A stretch of 64,000 nt of DNA from Candidatus Neptunichlamydia sp. (GTDB lineage Bacteria > Chlamydiota > Chlamydiia > Chlamydiales > Simkaniaceae), in the NCBI GenBank assembly GCA_965233865.1, contig OZ247587.1, forward strand, positions 1,280,001-1,344,000, in the 5' to 3' direction. Position 1 is the stretch's first letter, and each line of letters opens with the position of its first letter. The translations under genes were made by a program, and so were the position numbers. The notes below the pieces were generated by a model. It saw only the letters and a list, made by a program, of their open reading frames with translations. It was not told where the DNA came from and did no database searches. Shown in pieces: positions 27,951-38,370 of the stretch.

Positions 27951-28816
27951 ATCTCCTTCCATTTGTCATTGTAATCATTACCATCCTTGCACTCTTCTCG
28001 ACCTCTTTTTTCGATAGGCACATCATAGAGAAAAAAGAACAAGAGATCTATTTAGCCTACTTCAAGGGGCTCCGCGCTGCAAGAAATCACAAGGAAGACC
28101 TAGCCTACCGCGCTCTCAAAAAAAGGAGGAACCCCCAAAGCACTAATTCCTCAAAAAAAGACCTCTCAAAAAAGAAGGCCGAGTACTTCAGAAAAGAGAA
28201 AATTGGATGGGAAAATGGACGTCTCAATCTTTCCTCTCTAACTCAAGATGCTCAAAAATGGCCTGAACTCAAAGCAGTCACCATTGCCTATGTCAAGCGG
28301 CTTTACGCTGACCGTCCGTTTTTTCCAAAGGAAGAGAAATTTACCGAAAAATTAGTCAACGCTCTCCTCACCGCTTATAAAGAATCAGACTCACCGCTTC
28401 CCCTCCATAAGGTGACGCTAGAGGATCCATTTCATATTCCATTTTACAAAATGGTTAAAGGAACTCAAACTTATGACCTTAAATCGAAGACAGGGTGCCC
28501 TCCTTTTGGAGATTTTTTCACTTTTGAAGAGAGGGAAAGTCCTCCAATGTTTTTCCAAGATGCAAATACCATTTTCCTATCGATCGTCTTAGGAACGAAA
28601 AAAACACAAATGATCGAAGACGAAGAACTCAGAGAAATTGAAGAGTCAGGGGGCCATTATTCATCGTTTAACAGAACGAAATTGGAAGAGCTCCTTAGCG
28701 ATTCCCCTCCAAGTCCTCAACAACTCGACCTATTTGATTTCAGCCAAAAGAGCTCTCCTAGAAAACCAGGGAAACACACAGACCCAAAAACCCAAATTAC
28801 AGTGAGAGTGCCATAA
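27947..28816 (+). CDS. Hypothetical membrane-anchored protein, probably type II secretion associated
   Basis: N-terminal TM; ATGA-coupled to the pseudopilin gene; RLNLSSL motif. Confidence 0.6.
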   Translation: MNLLPFVIVIITILALFSTSFFDRHIIEKKEQEIYLAYFKGLRAARNHKEDLAYRALKKRRNPQSTNSSKKDLSKKKAEYFRKEKIGWENGRLNLSSLTQDAQKWPELKAVTIAYVKRLYADRPFFPKEEKFTEKLVNALLTAYKESDSPLPLHKVTLEDPFHIPFYKMVKGTQTYDLKSKTGCPPFGDFFTFEERESPPMFFQDANTIFLSIVLGTKKTQMIEDEELREIEESGGHYSSFNRTKLEELLSDSPPSPQQLDLFDFSQKSSPRKPGKHTDPKTQITVRVP

Positions 28817-29939
28817 CTGGCTGGAAAGCCAACTTGAAGGTCGTCCCTTTACCAACGGTAGATGTCACAGAGATTTCAGCATCATGCTTGCCTACAATTG
28901 CGTTCACAATTGAAAGCCCAAGTCCCGCCCCACCCATTCGACGAGAATGGGCTTTATCAACCGTATAAAACCGCTCAAAAATCTTATCGAGATCCTTTGG
29001 AGGAATCCCCATCCCTTTATCGGCAATGGATAGCTCAATCGAATCACCAAAATCAGCAACAATAATCGATAAAAACGCAGGATTTCCTGAGTACTTCACT
29101 CCATTTTCCAAAAGATTCATGATTGCTAGCTCCAAGAGGTCGGGATCGCCACTCACAAGAATAAACTCTTCATTATGGAACGATTCAATTTCAATTTCAG
29201 GATGAAGGGCAAGAAGTGAGTGACTACAGTTATCAATCATTCCAACCAGATCAACTTCCTGAAGGCGTGCTTTAGGGAGGTAGTCGAGATCTGCTAAAGT
29301 GAGGAGGTTTTTTACTAGGTTATCCATCCTCTGACAATTCCGCACAATTTTCTCTGTAAACTCAGTGAGCATAGCGTCTGAAATTTCAGGAAGGTCATAC
29401 ATTGTCTCAGCAAACCCCTTAATAATCGTAATTGGAGTTCGAAGTTCATGAGAAGCATTCGCAACAAAATCTTTTCCAAGCTGTTTTTTTTGATATTCGC
29501 CTGTGCTATCTAAGAGTGTTACCAAGATCTTCTTCTTTGCATCAAGAACCTTAAGGTCCAGCTCAATTCCTTCAAGCATTACCTTTTGAGAAAGCTTAGT
29601 TTCCTGTATCCGTTTTAGCAGGGGAAATCCCTCCTTTAATCGTGGCTGGTCAAAAAAAGGCGTGCCTACAAGGGATCTTTTATCTTGCTTAAGAAACAAC
29701 GCTCCCTTCTGATTAATTTCATCAATGTTACCTTTCCAGTTGAGAATGGCAACCCCTTCACGCAAACCGTCAAGGACAGAAAGGGATCGTTGCTTCTTCT
29801 TATTTCCTCTAAGAAGTTGAACAGTAATGGTGATTCCGAATAGGGCTAAAAAAAGAAACCATTCAAGAAAGGCATTGTACAAACATAAGAAACTTGCACA
29901 CCCAAGGGTCGATAAGAGGACAATATAGCGTTTTTTCAT
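28797..29939 (-). CDS. PhoR-like sensor histidine kinase
   Basis: DFVANASHELRTP, NLLENGVKY, DKGMGI, FERFYTVDKAHSR, GAGLGL. Confidence 0.9.
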   Translation of the reverse strand: MKKRYIVLLSTLGCASFLCLYNAFLEWFLFLALFGITITVQLLRGNKKKQRSLSVLDGLREGVAILNWKGNIDEINQKGALFLKQDKRSLVGTPFFDQPRLKEGFPLLKRIQETKLSQKVMLEGIELDLKVLDAKKKILVTLLDSTGEYQKKQLGKDFVANASHELRTPITIIKGFAETMYDLPEISDAMLTEFTEKIVRNCQRMDNLVKNLLTLADLDYLPKARLQEVDLVGMIDNCSHSLLALHPEIEIESFHNEEFILVSGDPDLLELAIMNLLENGVKYSGNPAFLSIIVADFGDSIELSIADKGMGIPPKDLDKIFERFYTVDKAHSRRMGGAGLGLSIVNAIVGKHDAEISVTSTVGKGTTFKLAFQPVMALSL

Positions 29940-30032
29940 CTTTCAGATGATAACAAATTAGGACATTTTGTTGAAATTTTAGCACGCAGCTTGGTAAATT
30001 GATAGCGAAGGAAAAATGGCGATGTGGAGGCT

Positions 30033-30653
30033 ATGGCAAAAATCTATTTCTACTACTCAGCAATGAATGCAGGAAAAAGCACCACTCTTTTGCAGTCCAG
30101 TTACAACTACAAAGAAAGAGGAATGGATACCATTCTCTTTGCCCCATCTTTTGATGACCGCTTTGGCGACCCAGCAATTTATTCTAGAATTGGACTCAAG
30201 GAAGATGCAATTCTTTTTGATAAAAGTTTCAACCTCTACGAATATGTCTCAAAGGTTCAGGAAAAATTTGAGAACCTTCGGTGCATTTTGATTGATGAAG
30301 CTCATTTTTTAACCAAAGCCCAAGTTGCACAAATCATCGCAATTACAAAAGATCTCGGAGTTGCTTCCCTAAACTATGGTTTAAGAAGTGATTTTTTAGG
30401 AGAGCCCTTTGAAGGAAGCAAATATCTCTTAGTTTGGGCAGATGAAATCGTAGAAATTAAAACAATTTGCCACTGTGGAAGCAAAGCTACAATGAATATG
30501 AGAATTGACAACGCAGGGAAACCGATAAAATCGGGATCTCAAATTCAAATTGGAGGGAATGAAAGTTACACCTCAGTTTGTATGAAACACTTTATAAAAA
30601 ATGTGGAGGCGATCAGTCGATATGCCTTCGAGAAGGAAGGAGCAAATATATGA
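30033..30653 (+). CDS. tdk: Thymidine kinase
   Basis: SAMNAGKST, IDEAHF, YGLRSDF, ICHCG, IGGNESY. Confidence 0.96.
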   Translation: MAKIYFYYSAMNAGKSTTLLQSSYNYKERGMDTILFAPSFDDRFGDPAIYSRIGLKEDAILFDKSFNLYEYVSKVQEKFENLRCILIDEAHFLTKAQVAQIIAITKDLGVASLNYGLRSDFLGEPFEGSKYLLVWADEIVEIKTICHCGSKATMNMRIDNAGKPIKSGSQIQIGGNESYTSVCMKHFIKNVEAISRYAFEKEGANI

Positions 30654-31924
30654 ATAATGTCAGTTCTTGGAAACGGAGAGTTCTTCCGTGGGTGGTTTGC
30701 CTTTCGGCATCGCTGTTTTTTGCGTATGAGCTTCTGCAACTCCACGTAATGAATGCTATTTCCCCCATGTTAATGAGAGATCTTAAACTGAGTGCCACAG
30801 ACTTTGGATATCTTAGCTCAACCTATTTAATTGCGGATGTCATTTTTCTTCTTCCTGCAGGAATCATTTTAGACCGTTTTTCTGTAAGAAGGGTTATCTT
30901 GACTGCTCTTTTCTTTTGCTTAGTGGGAACAGCAGGTTTTGCAAAGGCTACTTCGCTACCATTTGCAGCCGGATGTCACTTTCTTTCAGGAATTGGGAAC
31001 GCATTTTGCTTTTTAAGCTGTATCATGCTGATCTCTCGTTGGTTTCCCAAAGAAAGGCAAGCTTTTATCATCGGGCTTATGATTACCATTGGAATGCTTG
31101 GAGGGGTCGTTGCACAACTTCCCTTTTCACTTCTTGCTCAAACACTAACCTGGCGAGCAGCCCTAATGATTGATGCTGCAATTGGTGTGATCCTCTTTGC
31201 CCTTATCTTTTCTTTTGTGAAAGATGCTCCTATAAAAATTACAGAAAAACAAGAAACCAAAATTCTATTTTTTGAAGGGCTCAAAAGATCTGTTTTAAAC
31301 TCCCATAACATTTGCTCTGGGTTGTACATCTGCTTGATGAACCTCCCCTTAATGATTATTAGTGCAGTTTGGGGAACTCTTTTTTTAACTCAAGTTCATC
31401 ACATAGCTCTGACAACAGCCTCTTTTATTGTCAGTATGATTTGTATGGGAACGATTGTAGGTTCTCCACTCTACGGCTGGATATCAGACAAGATCCAAAA
31501 GCGAAAAGCTCTCATGGTTTTTGGAGGAGTGGTGTCTATAGTAATCTTCATGCTAATCCTACTTATTCCCTATCCGAGTGAGGGAATGTTTATATTTCTA
31601 TTCTTTTTCCTTGGTTTTTTTAGTAGCTCTCAGACCCTAGGTTACCCAGCTATTACAGAAAACAATCCCAAAGAATTAACAGGAACCTCTATGGGAATTG
31701 CAGCATTAATCATCATGGGATTCCCTGCGTTTATCCAACCCCTTTCTGGGAAGCTTCTTGATATGGGTTGGGATGGAACAATGGCAAATGGAGCGCCATT
31801 ATATTCTGCAGCAGATTTTCGCACAGCGTTTTTAATTTTTCCCGTTGGCTTTTTGACAGCTTTGTTTGCCCTCTCAAAAATCAAAGAACGTTCTAAAAAG
31901 CAATTTCTGAAAACGATCTATTGA
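30650..31924 (+). CDS. MFS transporter
   Basis: About 12 TM segments, GIILDRFSVRR motif A; ATGA-coupled to tdk. Confidence 0.9.
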   Translation: MNNVSSWKRRVLPWVVCLSASLFFAYELLQLHVMNAISPMLMRDLKLSATDFGYLSSTYLIADVIFLLPAGIILDRFSVRRVILTALFFCLVGTAGFAKATSLPFAAGCHFLSGIGNAFCFLSCIMLISRWFPKERQAFIIGLMITIGMLGGVVAQLPFSLLAQTLTWRAALMIDAAIGVILFALIFSFVKDAPIKITEKQETKILFFEGLKRSVLNSHNICSGLYICLMNLPLMIISAVWGTLFLTQVHHIALTTASFIVSMICMGTIVGSPLYGWISDKIQKRKALMVFGGVVSIVIFMLILLIPYPSEGMFIFLFFFLGFFSSSQTLGYPAITENNPKELTGTSMGIAALIIMGFPAFIQPLSGKLLDMGWDGTMANGAPLYSAADFRTAFLIFPVGFLTALFALSKIKERSKKQFLKTIY

Positions 31925-32016
31925 TTTTGAAAAACATGCACTATTCAGATTGAGAGCTCACCCCCCCCTGCAACACTACCAGTACCGATTAGAACGATTT
32001 AAAGAAAATATTTAGA

Positions 32017-33459
32017 TTAATTGGGGGAGAATGCTTCAAAAGCCTCGGAGTTGTCTTCGAGGTTTGCGCTATCTGTGGAGGTGTAGTTGGCAAATTGAGC
32101 AAACTCTTTTCGGTAGGCAATATCGATGTTCCCCACTTTTCCATGACGGTTCTTTCCGATGATCACTTCGGCGAGGCCTGGCTTATCATAGGGATCGTAG
32201 TACTCGCGGCGGAGGAGAAACATCACAATATCGGCATCTTGTTCAATTGCACCAGACTCCCGGAGGTCACTCATCATGGGGCGGTGTCCAGTTCTCTCTT
32301 CAACTTTTCGTGAAAGTTGAGAGCCACAAAGGATAGGAATATTGAGTTCTCGTGCCAAATTTTTCATCATTCGGGAAATCTCAGAGATTTCACCCTGCCG
32401 GTTATCGCTTCCAGAAAAACTATTGGATCCCGATAGAAGTTGGAGGTAGTCGATCACGAGAAATTGGATGTTATGGGCTTCTTTCATACGGCGCGCGCGT
32501 GCGCGCAGGTCGGTAATTTTTAGACCGGGCTGATCGTCAATAATAACAGGGGTTTTTTGCATCTTGTTGATTGCCCCCACGACCCGTTGGTATTCTGAAC
32601 CATTCAACGCTCCGGTTTGGATTTTTGAAGACTCTACTTCGGACTGGGAGCAGATCATTCGGTGCAAGAGTTGTTCGGCGCTCATTTCAAGGGAAAAAAC
32701 ACCGACGGGCATTTGATGTTTGAAGGCAACATGCTCTGCGATATTGAGAGCAAAAGCGGTTTTTCCCATTCCAGGTCTACCGGCTAAGATAATGAGATTG
32801 GAGTTGGAAAGGCCATTGATCGTTTTATCAAGATCTGTAAAGCCGGTTGGAATCCCTGTGAAGGCGAGAGCGTCTGGTCCTTTTTCAAGGAATGTTTCCT
32901 GTCTTTCTTCAAGCTCCTTTAGGTAAGGGAGTCCTGATTCGGCTTTGACTCCTGAGATAATATCTTTGATGTGTTTTCCGGCTGCAGTGTTTGTTGCTTG
33001 GGAGATATGAAATAGGGTTGCTTGGGCATCATCGAGTGCACCATGAACATCCCCGGGTTCTTCTAGGGCAGTCTTTTCGATTTCTTGCGCTGCATAGATC
33101 ATGCGGCGCAGGATGGATTTATTTTTAATGAGCTCGACATATTCTTCGATGTAAGCAGATGTTCCGGCGTATTGTGCTAAAGTGGTGAGGTAACCGACTC
33201 CTCCGGTGCTATCGAGCTTTTCAAGCCGCTTAAGCTCTTCCGCAACTAAGTGGATATCGGCAGGTTTGTCATTTTTAAATAGCCCTTTAAGAACATCAAA
33301 AATAATCTGGTGTTCGGAGTAATAAAAATCAAGCGCTTGTAGAGCATCTGCAGAGACATTAAGGCTGTTTACTTTGGTGAGCATACATCCAAGAACCATC
33401 ATTTCTGATTCTTTGGAATTGGGGGCGACTTTGATCTTAGATTTTTCTTTTTCTTCCAT
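32017..33459 (-). CDS. dnaB: Replicative DNA helicase
   Basis: GRPGMGKT, SLEM, IDYLQL, SQLSR, SDLRESGAIEQDAD, KNRHG. Confidence 0.98.
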   Translation of the reverse strand: MEEKEKSKIKVAPNSKESEMMVLGCMLTKVNSLNVSADALQALDFYYSEHQIIFDVLKGLFKNDKPADIHLVAEELKRLEKLDSTGGVGYLTTLAQYAGTSAYIEEYVELIKNKSILRRMIYAAQEIEKTALEEPGDVHGALDDAQATLFHISQATNTAAGKHIKDIISGVKAESGLPYLKELEERQETFLEKGPDALAFTGIPTGFTDLDKTINGLSNSNLIILAGRPGMGKTAFALNIAEHVAFKHQMPVGVFSLEMSAEQLLHRMICSQSEVESSKIQTGALNGSEYQRVVGAINKMQKTPVIIDDQPGLKITDLRARARRMKEAHNIQFLVIDYLQLLSGSNSFSGSDNRQGEISEISRMMKNLARELNIPILCGSQLSRKVEERTGHRPMMSDLRESGAIEQDADIVMFLLRREYYDPYDKPGLAEVIIGKNRHGKVGNIDIAYRKEFAQFANYTSTDSANLEDNSEAFEAFSPN

Positions 33460-33495
33460 AGCCTCAGTTTATCGACATTGCAAAAAAAACGGAAT

Positions 33496-33520
33496 AAAAA
33501 AGGGCTCCAAAACGGAGCCC
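33496..33520 (-). terminator. Rho-independent terminator after tRNA-Ser
   Basis: GGGCTCC-GTTTT-GGAGCCC followed by TTTTTT on the minus strand. Confidence 0.75.
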
Positions 33521-33525
33521 TGATA

Positions 33526-33612
33526 CGGAAAGGGAGGGATTCGAACCCTCGGTACCCTTGCAGATACGCGTCCTTAGCAGGGACGTGCCTTCGGCCACTC
33601 AGCCACCTTTCC
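33526..33612 (-). tRNA. tRNA-Ser (GCT)
   Basis: GGAAAGG/CCTTTCC acceptor stem, CGTCC-CTGCTAA-GGACG anticodon arm, long variable arm, GGTTCGAATCC T-arm. Confidence 0.95.
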
Positions 33613-33654
33613 ATCTCTACAATAGAAAGGAGATTTTAGCGCACTTGGGGATTA

Positions 33655-34491
33655 TTATTCAATGAGGTTGGCGTGAGTTAGTTGTTTTCCATTGAGGGCA
33701 TTCCAATGAGAAGTGTGGAGGGAACCATCTGGATTTTGAACAGTGATGCTGTAAATCGGGAGAAAAACATCTCTTGTTGTTCGAATTGCAAAGTCAGATC
33801 CAAAGGCAGCTTCAGCTGCTTTTTTGATTTGAGAAGGGGTATAGCGGCGATTGAGTCTCTCACTATGCTTGGAGCTTTTAGTAACAAGAGGATCAGCAAT
33901 TAAAGTGGAAGGTCGGACATTTACAAGGGGATCATGGAGGTGAACGCGGTAGTGGTTTCCGTGTTGGACGACAAGCTTTTTCTTGCGGGCTCGATCGATC
34001 CATGCTTCGAAGAGATGGGTTTCCATATTAAGGGAGGTCATGAGGGTTTGTCTGTCCGCCTTGCCGCCATTTTCGGCAATAGTTGAAAGAATTTTATATT
34101 CATAGCGGTCTGCACCGGCGTTAATGCAATCGGCAAACCCATGAGTCTTTTCCCATGATCGGGTATCAAGGACCATTTCACCATCGATAAGATCCCACAG
34201 AATGATGCCCTCTTCGGTTTGGAAGCTTGGGTTGGTAAATTTGACTTCTATTAAGAGATAGGGATGAAAGCGCAACGAAGGTTCGCTATAGCGGTGCTCT
34301 GTATCTTTTAAAAGGGTGAGGCTCTCCTTCTCCATGATCTGCCGAGCTGTAAAGCGCGCTTCTAGGGTATGAAAAGTCCCGGTGTTGATCATTTCAAGAG
34401 CTTTGTGTTTTAGCTCAGGTTGGCTGTTATTGACGTAATAGGCGCCGTAACCGAGCGCCCCAAGGACAATGAGTGTTGATAAAAATCGCAT
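33655..34491 (-). CDS. Conserved hypothetical membrane-anchored protein
   Basis: Likely start MRFLSTLIVLGALGYG (TM); long open frame. Confidence 0.7.
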   Translation of the reverse strand: MRFLSTLIVLGALGYGAYYVNNSQPELKHKALEMINTGTFHTLEARFTARQIMEKESLTLLKDTEHRYSEPSLRFHPYLLIEVKFTNPSFQTEEGIILWDLIDGEMVLDTRSWEKTHGFADCINAGADRYEYKILSTIAENGGKADRQTLMTSLNMETHLFEAWIDRARKKKLVVQHGNHYRVHLHDPLVNVRPSTLIADPLVTKSSKHSERLNRRYTPSQIKKAAEAAFGSDFAIRTTRDVFLPIYSITVQNPDGSLHTSHWNALNGKQLTHANLIE

Positions 34492-34622
34492 AAAAATTCG
34501 TTTTGGAGATCGTTTGCCGCTACCGGTATAGCTTTTGGCGGGTTTTTTGTCCAAGTTAAGATTTTTTGAGGGATGGGTCATATAAGAGGGTCTCCATTTA
34601 CCCCCATATATAGTCAACTACC

Positions 34623-35618
34623 CTAATCTTTCCAATGACGGAGTTTCATCTGGAGCAGTGCGTAGGCTAGGAAAGGGTCTCGAACACTTGCACGGAGCGT
34701 TTTTCCAGGAAGAGAAACATCTAAGAATCCTTTCAGAAGAGCTGCTTCGAGTTCATTGACACTTAGAGTGATATTTAAAGCGATTGCTTTTGAAAAATCG
34801 CACTTTCTGTCTGATGGGTCTATCACTCTGCAAGCTAATACAGGGACTACAGTTGCCAGAATACCGCTATCAATTGCCATTGTTCCAAGGAGGAGAGAGT
34901 CGTCCACATGATAGCCCGTTTCTTCTTGGAGCTCTCGAGCTGCAGCAGTTCGAAGGGTTTCTCCCTCCCTGAGCAGCCCTTTTGGAAGTTCAAGTTCCCA
35001 GCTTCTGGTTGCATGACGGTAGTTAAGAATGAGGACCACTTTTCGATCGGCTAGGTAAGGAAAGAGCGCAATACCTGGTGGGGCTTCGAGTGTAGATTTC
35101 CAGAGAATTCTGTCGTAGGTTCCCTTTTCACCGGAGGGGAAAAGGACACCATCTCGTATCCAGAAGAGGTATTGGTCTTCAGCAATAATTCCCACTTGGC
35201 TCCACTCCCAAGCTTGCTCTGGAGGGACGCCCTTATTTATGAGGCGCTCCATTGCAATGGCTTCGGCTTCGTTGATGGAAAGAGGGTGGAGAAGAATTTC
35301 TATTTCACCTTTTTCATGATTTCCAATGATGCCGTGAGATTTAGGAGTGGAGGCTAGTAAATCAAAATATTTTTCTGAGGGTGAACCAAAGAGTGAACAT
35401 GAAAAAAACAGGAGGAGAATCAGTCGCATAATGAGATCTCTCAGGGCTTGCATTAAGGGGACTCGCTCAGAAATTTTGCTTCTTTGCAGAAGTTTTTCTA
35501 GAGCATCGATATTTTTTTGGAATGTCTGAAAGGATTTTTGTAATGAGGACGAGAGACTTCCTCCCTCGAAAATACGGTCTAAATTCCATATCTTTTGAAA
35601 TTTCATAGTTGCTCCCAT
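34623..35618 (-). CDS. NUDIX hydrolase (ADP-ribose pyrophosphatase-like); true start may be 35429 with a signal peptide
   Basis: Nudix box ELPKGLLREGETLRTAAARELQEETGY; internal MRLILLLFFSCSLFG. Confidence 0.8.
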   Translation of the reverse strand: MGATMKFQKIWNLDRIFEGGSLSSSLQKSFQTFQKNIDALEKLLQRSKISERVPLMQALRDLIMRLILLLFFSCSLFGSPSEKYFDLLASTPKSHGIIGNHEKGEIEILLHPLSINEAEAIAMERLINKGVPPEQAWEWSQVGIIAEDQYLFWIRDGVLFPSGEKGTYDRILWKSTLEAPPGIALFPYLADRKVVLILNYRHATRSWELELPKGLLREGETLRTAAARELQEETGYHVDDSLLLGTMAIDSGILATVVPVLACRVIDPSDRKCDFSKAIALNITLSVNELEAALLKGFLDVSLPGKTLRASVRDPFLAYALLQMKLRHWKD

Positions 35619-35672
35619 ACACTTCGGAGAACTATAGTAAGTTATCTAAACGGATCTTCTCAAGGAGAATCG

Positions 35673-37349
35673 ATGCCCATCCAAATTTTATCGGATCAAA
35701 CGATCAACAAAATTGCAGCCGGAGAAGTGGTTGAAAACCCCGCTTCTGTGGTCAAAGAGCTTGTTGAAAATGCACTTGATGCAAAGAGCACTTCAATTAC
35801 GATAGAAATTGAGCGAGGGGGGTTTTCTTTGATTCGTGTCAGTGATGATGGGTCTGGGATGAACCGAGATGATTTACTCCTAAGCTTAGAAAGGCACGCA
35901 ACATCAAAAATCCGCATTGCAGAGGATCTTGAAGAAGTATTGACCATGGGCTTTCGTGGGGAAGCTCTGGCCTCAATTGCAGCTATCTCAAAGACGAAGA
36001 TTGTCTCTGCTCAAAAAGGGCAGACCTTAGGTGGAGAAGTTGTTGCTGAAGGGGGGGGGATTCGGAGCATTGATCCTGCAGCTAGGAACGAGGGGACCAC
36101 TGTAGAAATAGCAATGCTGTTTTACAATGTTCCAGCAAGAAAGAAGTTTCAAAAGAGTCAGGGGGCATCTCTTAGAGAAATCACCAAGTTTTTAACACGA
36201 TTTGCATTGTCGCATCCGGAAATTCAGATCCGGTGTATAGCAGATGGAAAAGAAATCATTCATACTCTTCCGGGCTCTATTGAAGAGCGTTTAAAAGCTC
36301 TTTTGGGAGAGACATTTTTAAACCGGGCAAAAAAAGTGGAAAAAACAGACAACAGATGCTTTTTAAGTGGGTTTCTTGGATCACCTTTAGAGGCTCGCTC
36401 CAACCGGCTCGGTCAATACCTTTTTGTCAACGGAAGGTGTGTCTGTTGCCCACAAATTGCGCGCGCCATTTATGAGGGTTATGGAACGCGTCTTTCATCC
36501 CGTCTTCATCCCATTTTTGTTCTCCACCTCAAATTACCACCTGAGTGGATCGATGTGAATGTGCATCCCCAAAAGAGGGAAATTCGTTTAAGGGAAGAAG
36601 GTGTGATCCAAGAGGTAATTCGAAAAGGGGTCATGGAGTCTTTTCAAGGGAAGGAGCCGTCTAAAGAATACCCTAAAGGAAACTGGGACTTTGCAGCCCC
36701 TCTCAAGTTCCAGGAAAAAAAAGAATTTCTGCCTCCATCACTAGATTATGTTGAAGAACAGGTTGCAGTCATTGGTCTATTTGATCACTACTTAATTACG
36801 CATGGTTCTTCCTATTTTTCACTTCCAAACACGCTTGGTCCCTACAAAGGGGTTTTTCTGATCGATTTAAAGGGAGCATATGCACGTATTCTCTATGATC
36901 GATTTGTTAAAGAGGAAGTTCCTCCACTCCAAACTTTAATGATCCCCATAACTTTGGAGTTTCCTAAAAGTGAAGGAGATATTCTTAAAGGATATTTAGC
37001 AGAAATTCTAGGGATGGGAGTGGATCTTCGACCGTTTGGTGATTCAGCATTTATTATTGATGCGCTCTCTCCAGAGATTGAGGAGGAAATGGTTCAAGAG
37101 CTTTTAGAGGAGTTTATTGAAGTTCTAGATCAGAGCTTAACTGAAAAAATGAGACAAAAAAAACTTGCTTTCACGCTCTCTTCTTATGCAAGATCACAAA
37201 AAAAGGGATGGACGGTTGTTGAAGCCAAGCAGATGATAAAAGAGCTGATGAAAACAACCGCACCATATGATTGCCCTAAAGGAAAACCAACAGTTATTCA
37301 TTTAAACCATGACGCGATCGAAAACCTATTTCAAAAGCCGCCTTGCTAA
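35673..37349 (+). CDS. mutL: DNA mismatch repair protein MutL
   Basis: NKIAAGEVVE, GFRGEAL, DVNVHP, CPKGKPT. Confidence 0.96.
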   Translation: MPIQILSDQTINKIAAGEVVENPASVVKELVENALDAKSTSITIEIERGGFSLIRVSDDGSGMNRDDLLLSLERHATSKIRIAEDLEEVLTMGFRGEALASIAAISKTKIVSAQKGQTLGGEVVAEGGGIRSIDPAARNEGTTVEIAMLFYNVPARKKFQKSQGASLREITKFLTRFALSHPEIQIRCIADGKEIIHTLPGSIEERLKALLGETFLNRAKKVEKTDNRCFLSGFLGSPLEARSNRLGQYLFVNGRCVCCPQIARAIYEGYGTRLSSRLHPIFVLHLKLPPEWIDVNVHPQKREIRLREEGVIQEVIRKGVMESFQGKEPSKEYPKGNWDFAAPLKFQEKKEFLPPSLDYVEEQVAVIGLFDHYLITHGSSYFSLPNTLGPYKGVFLIDLKGAYARILYDRFVKEEVPPLQTLMIPITLEFPKSEGDILKGYLAEILGMGVDLRPFGDSAFIIDALSPEIEEEMVQELLEEFIEVLDQSLTEKMRQKKLAFTLSSYARSQKKGWTVVEAKQMIKELMKTTAPYDCPKGKPTVIHLNHDAIENLFQKPPC

Positions 37350-38370
37350 GTTTCGGACTCACTTTTCCAAATGGGGTGTGGAAGGGTTTGTCATTGAAAA
37401 TCCGACGGATCTTGCATATTTTTCTGGGTTAAAGCTTTCCCGCGGGAGGCTTCTTGTTGGCCTTAAAACTGCAACATTTTTTGTGGATGGGAGATACAGG
37501 GAAATCGCCAAGAAAGGATCTCCTTACCCCGTCAAAAATCTTATGGAAAAAGATTTTAAAGAGTCTCTTAGGAAATTAAAGGAAGCGACAGTGTTTGGGT
37601 TCGATACCTCGTTGACTGTAGCGGCGCATCGAGAGCTAAAAAAAGCCTTTGTTAAGCAATTCCTTAAAGGGGTTGATCATCCCACGCTAGCTGTTCGGAT
37701 GATAAAAGACCAAAGTGAGTTGATCCTTCTTCAAAAAAGCGCAGACCTTCTTTGGAAAGGATTCCAGCATCTTCGAAAAAAACTAAAAGTTGGAATGCGA
37801 GAGAATGAGATTGCCCTCGAGTTTGAGTTTTATGTGAAAAAGTTGGGCGCAGAGGCTCTTTCTTTTGATCCGATCATTGCTTTTGGCGAAAATAGTGCTC
37901 TTCCTCACCATCATAGTGGGCAGAGAAAGCTCAAGCGGGGAGACTCTGTGTTAATGGATATGGGTGTTGTTTTGAATGGGTATGCCAGTGATATGACACG
38001 TATCGTTTTTTTTGGAGAGGTCCCCAAAAGAATCCAAGAGATTTATAAGGTAGTAAGGAAGGCTCATCAGGCGGTTATTGATGTTTGCAGAGCCGGAGTT
38101 CCTGTAGCTTTGCTTGATACCGTTGCTCGAGAAAGTATGGGAAAAGAAGAAAAGCACTTTATCCATGCCCTTGGACATGGTATAGGATTGGATGTGCACG
38201 AATCTCCTCGGATTTCTGCGCAGTCAATAGAAGAAACCCTTCAGGAGGGGATGGTGATTACTATTGAACCAGGCATATATCTTCCAAACATTGGAGGAAT
38301 TCGATATGAAGATATGGTTGTGATTACCAAGACAGGGTACCGAAACTTTTTTAAAAATACAAAGCCATGA
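37309..38370 (+). CDS. pepP: Xaa-Pro aminopeptidase (M24)
   Basis: GYASDMTR, HALGHGIGLDVHE, EPGIY, GIRYED. Confidence 0.9.
   Translation: MTRSKTYFKSRLAKFRTHFSKWGVEGFVIENPTDLAYFSGLKLSRGRLLVGLKTATFFVDGRYREIAKKGSPYPVKNLMEKDFKESLRKLKEATVFGFDTSLTVAAHRELKKAFVKQFLKGVDHPTLAVRMIKDQSELILLQKSADLLWKGFQHLRKKLKVGMRENEIALEFEFYVKKLGAEALSFDPIIAFGENSALPHHHSGQRKLKRGDSVLMDMGVVLNGYASDMTRIVFFGEVPKRIQEIYKVVRKAHQAVIDVCRAGVPVALLDTVARESMGKEEKHFIHALGHGIGLDVHESPRISAQSIEETLQEGMVITIEPGIYLPNIGGIRYEDMVVITKTGYRNFFKNTKP

Noticed and set aside
33399..33614. 71-aa ORF MERWLSGRRH...
   Set aside because: It is a translation of tRNA-Ser and its terminator
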